Positions 62,030 to 64,000 of a DNA stretch of 64,000 nt are shown here, piece by piece (the stretch's first letter is position 1; each line of letters opens with the position of its first letter). The position numbers were made by a program, and so were the translations under genes. Below the pieces are notes generated by a model, which was not told the DNA's origin, did not search any database, and saw only the letters and a list, made by a program, of their open reading frames with translations. The stretch lies in the IMG/VR virus record IMGVR_UViG_3300035675_000001. One strand, 5' to 3'. Origin of the DNA: a virus. Its lineage: Duplodnaviria; Caudoviricetes.

Positions 62030-64000
62030 TTAGCCAGTTACATTGGTGAGGTCTGCGCCGGACTCGCGGACGATTGCGTTGATGTAGATGCGCTCGACGG
62101 CATCAGTCGGGATGACGTAGAGATCAACGATCACTTCGCGCCGGTTCCGCGTGGCGGCGTTGTTGTTCGACTCGTCACAGACGAGGTTGTAGGCTTCGAC
62201 GCCCCGGAGGCTCTTGACGCCATCGAGGAACTGCGTCATCGCCAGCTCAATCTGGTTGAGCAGCGTCACGTCGTTCGGGTCGAACACGAACCGGCGACCG
62301 ATGACCGCCAACCCCTGGACGATGTATTCGACCAGGACCAGGTTGTGAATCGCAGTGAGCTTGCTCTCCTTGCGCTGGAGAGTGCGCTCGCCGTAAACCA
62401 TGATGGACCCGTTCCGCTGGATGATCGGATTGACCGAGTTGCCGGAGCCATACATGGCCTCCTTGGCATTGTCGGACAACCGAGGGAACATGACCGAGGT
62501 CGCCTCGCTGATGATGCCCCGGTTCTCACCGGCAGCGGCATACCAGGGCTGGTCGTGCAACCAGGTGTAGGCCATCGCCCGGAGCGCCCCGATGCACGGG
62601 GGAACGAGCTTGGGCTGCTGGGTGATGGGGTCGTTCATCGTGAACCAATTCCAGAAGCACGCCAGGTAAGCCGTGTCGAGCTTGCCGCGAGACTGGAATT
62701 TGCCCTGGCCGTTGTGCCAGTCGATGGCGTCCCACACGTTCATCGGCACTCCGTTGTAGGAGGCCGGAACGTCGATGAGGCCGATGGACTTGGTGACGTA
62801 GGCCGTGTCGCGCATCTGCGTCTGGACCGGAACCATCGTCGCGTCCGCCGAGGTCACGCCAGGGGCGCACAGCGTGGTGATGTAAATGTTGTCGGTGTCC
62901 TCGTAGGACTTGAGGCCCGTCATGGTGTCGTCCACCGGGTTCAGGGTGCCGACGAAATCCGAAGCTTGCGCGGCCTCGCCGTTGTAACCGCTGGCGAAAG
63001 CACCGCCCGGCAGAGGCACGCCATACTTGGCCGTGTTGGTCGGGGATTGCGGGACCGGCAGCGTCGGGCTGCTGTTCCACGGATCGACCGTGTTGGCTGG
63101 AACCACGCTGCCGAGCAACTTGATGGTGATGTAGCTGGAAGGCGTGTCGGTGTTGATCGTGGCCTCGAACTCCAGGGGCGGAGCCGTGGTGGGGAAGGCG
63201 CTGTCGATGCCCAGGTTGTCGTAAACTTCGACCAGGGCCGAATCCCAGTAGATGCTGAACTTCTTGGTGCCCGCCTGAGTGCCGGGGCTGACCTTGACCT
63301 GCAACCCGCTGATGGGGTTCGAGTCGGTCGTATTGGCCCAGGTGCCTTCGGTCGCGGCGTAAATCAAGCACGAGTTGGTCTTGCCGGAGACCTTCTCCAC
63401 CGTAGCCGCGTCGTAGCGGTCCTGGAGAGGAAGCGCCTGGTAGCCACGTTCGGTGTCATCCGTGGCCTGGATTTCAATGGTCGCCGCTCCGCTGATGATC
63501 GGGTTGACCCTGGTCACGTAAACCTCATAGGTCGGGAACTTGCCCGCCTGGCTAATCCGAAGGAGATCACCTACGGCGATGTCGGTCGGATTGGTCGTGA
63601 CGCTGAAATAGTAGTTGCCCTTTTCACCGGAAACCGTGCCGAGAGTGGCAATGGCGGTGTAGGTGTAACCCTGGAGGACGCCCTGGGCTTTGCTCGCCGG
63701 GTTAGCGTAGTAGCTGAACTTGAGCGTGCCGTTCGTGTAGGTGTCGGCCAACGTCACCGATTCGAGGGTGACCGTGGTCCCGGAAACGCTGAGCACCTTC
63801 GCGTTCAGAGTGCTCTGCTTGCCGTCCTCCGTGATCGAGACGTAATACAGGCCGGTCGGAGAAGGCGTTTGGGTGGAATCCACCAGCGGAGCAGCATTTG
63901 TGGTGAAAGTCGAGGCTCCCGCAGTGCCCGTGACCGCGTAGCTGACAGTGCCAGCAGGCAGGTCTTTGTAGAGCAAGCCCACGCGCACGACCATGCAACC
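62030..64000 (-). CDS. tail sheath protein (5' end outside the window)
   Basis: LCAPG, YLACFWNW, PWYAAAGENRG, VNPI...VYGERTLQ, RRFVFDPND, VDLYVIPTDAVERIYIN sheath C-terminal motifs. Confidence 0.9.
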   Translation of the reverse strand, partial: GCMVVRVGLLYKDLPAGTVSYAVTGTAGASTFTTNAAPLVDSTQTPSPTGLYYVSITEDGKQSTLNAKVLSVSGTTVTLESVTLADTYTNGTLKFSYYANPASKAQGVLQGYTYTAIATLGTVSGEKGNYYFSVTTNPTDIAVGDLLRISQAGKFPTYEVYVTRVNPIISGAATIEIQATDDTERGYQALPLQDRYDAATVEKVSGKTNSCLIYAATEGTWANTTDSNPISGLQVKVSPGTQAGTKKFSIYWDSALVEVYDNLGIDSAFPTTAPPLEFEATINTDTPSSYITIKLLGSVVPANTVDPWNSSPTLPVPQSPTNTAKYGVPLPGGAFASGYNGEAAQASDFVGTLNPVDDTMTGLKSYEDTDNIYITTLCAPGVTSADATMVPVQTQMRDTAYVTKSIGLIDVPASYNGVPMNVWDAIDWHNGQGKFQSRGKLDTAYLACFWNWFTMNDPITQQPKLVPPCIGALRAMAYTWLHDQPWYAAAGENRGIISEATSVMFPRLSDNAKEAMYGSGNSVNPIIQRNGSIMVYGERTLQRKESKLTAIHNLVLVEYIVQGLAVIGRRFVFDPNDVTLLNQIELAMTQFLDGVKSLRGVEAYNLVCDESNNNAATRNRREVIVDLYVIPTDAVERIYINAIVRESGADLTNVTG

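Noticed and set aside
1-64000. CRISPR array, DGR, IS/transposase, integrase, rRNA, tRNA, alternative genetic code
   Set aside because: No regularly spaced repeats, reverse transcriptase or transposase motifs seen; genes tile densely under code 11 with TAA, TGA and TAG all used as stops

Overview
64 kb, high-GC, densely coding segment of a large (jumbo-type) myovirus with T4-like morphogenesis genes: portal (gp20-like), tail sheath (partial), tail tube, gp25, gp5-like spike, gp26-like hub chaperone, a 2154-aa baseplate wedge and a collagen-containing fibre. Replication genes are scattered among them (primase, SF2 helicase, 5'-3' exonuclease, SbcD/Mre11 nuclease, HTH initiator-like protein). 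Accessory content is unusual: an acyl carrier protein, an ADP-heptose adenylyltransferase (HldE C-terminal/RfaE2), about seven glycosyltransferase-like domains including two GT9-like, a sulfotransferase, a methyltransferase and a tandem GroES. The most striking unexplained pattern is an acidic peptide tag ([ILV]-x-E-[SAG], a D/E run, then [WF]-K-[DE]-[VA]) repeated between about 100-aa modules in four putatively late proteins. Two of these carry nucleotide-degrading enzymes (a Nudix hydrolase and an Acb1-like 2H phosphoesterase), suggesting protease-processed, capsid-packaged effector polyproteins. Two non-Shine-Dalgarno motifs (GTAGTTA and GTTCT[AC]) sit mostly 4-9 nt before start codons and separate genes into virion and non-virion classes. 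All calls are by-eye motif recognition; no database searches were run.
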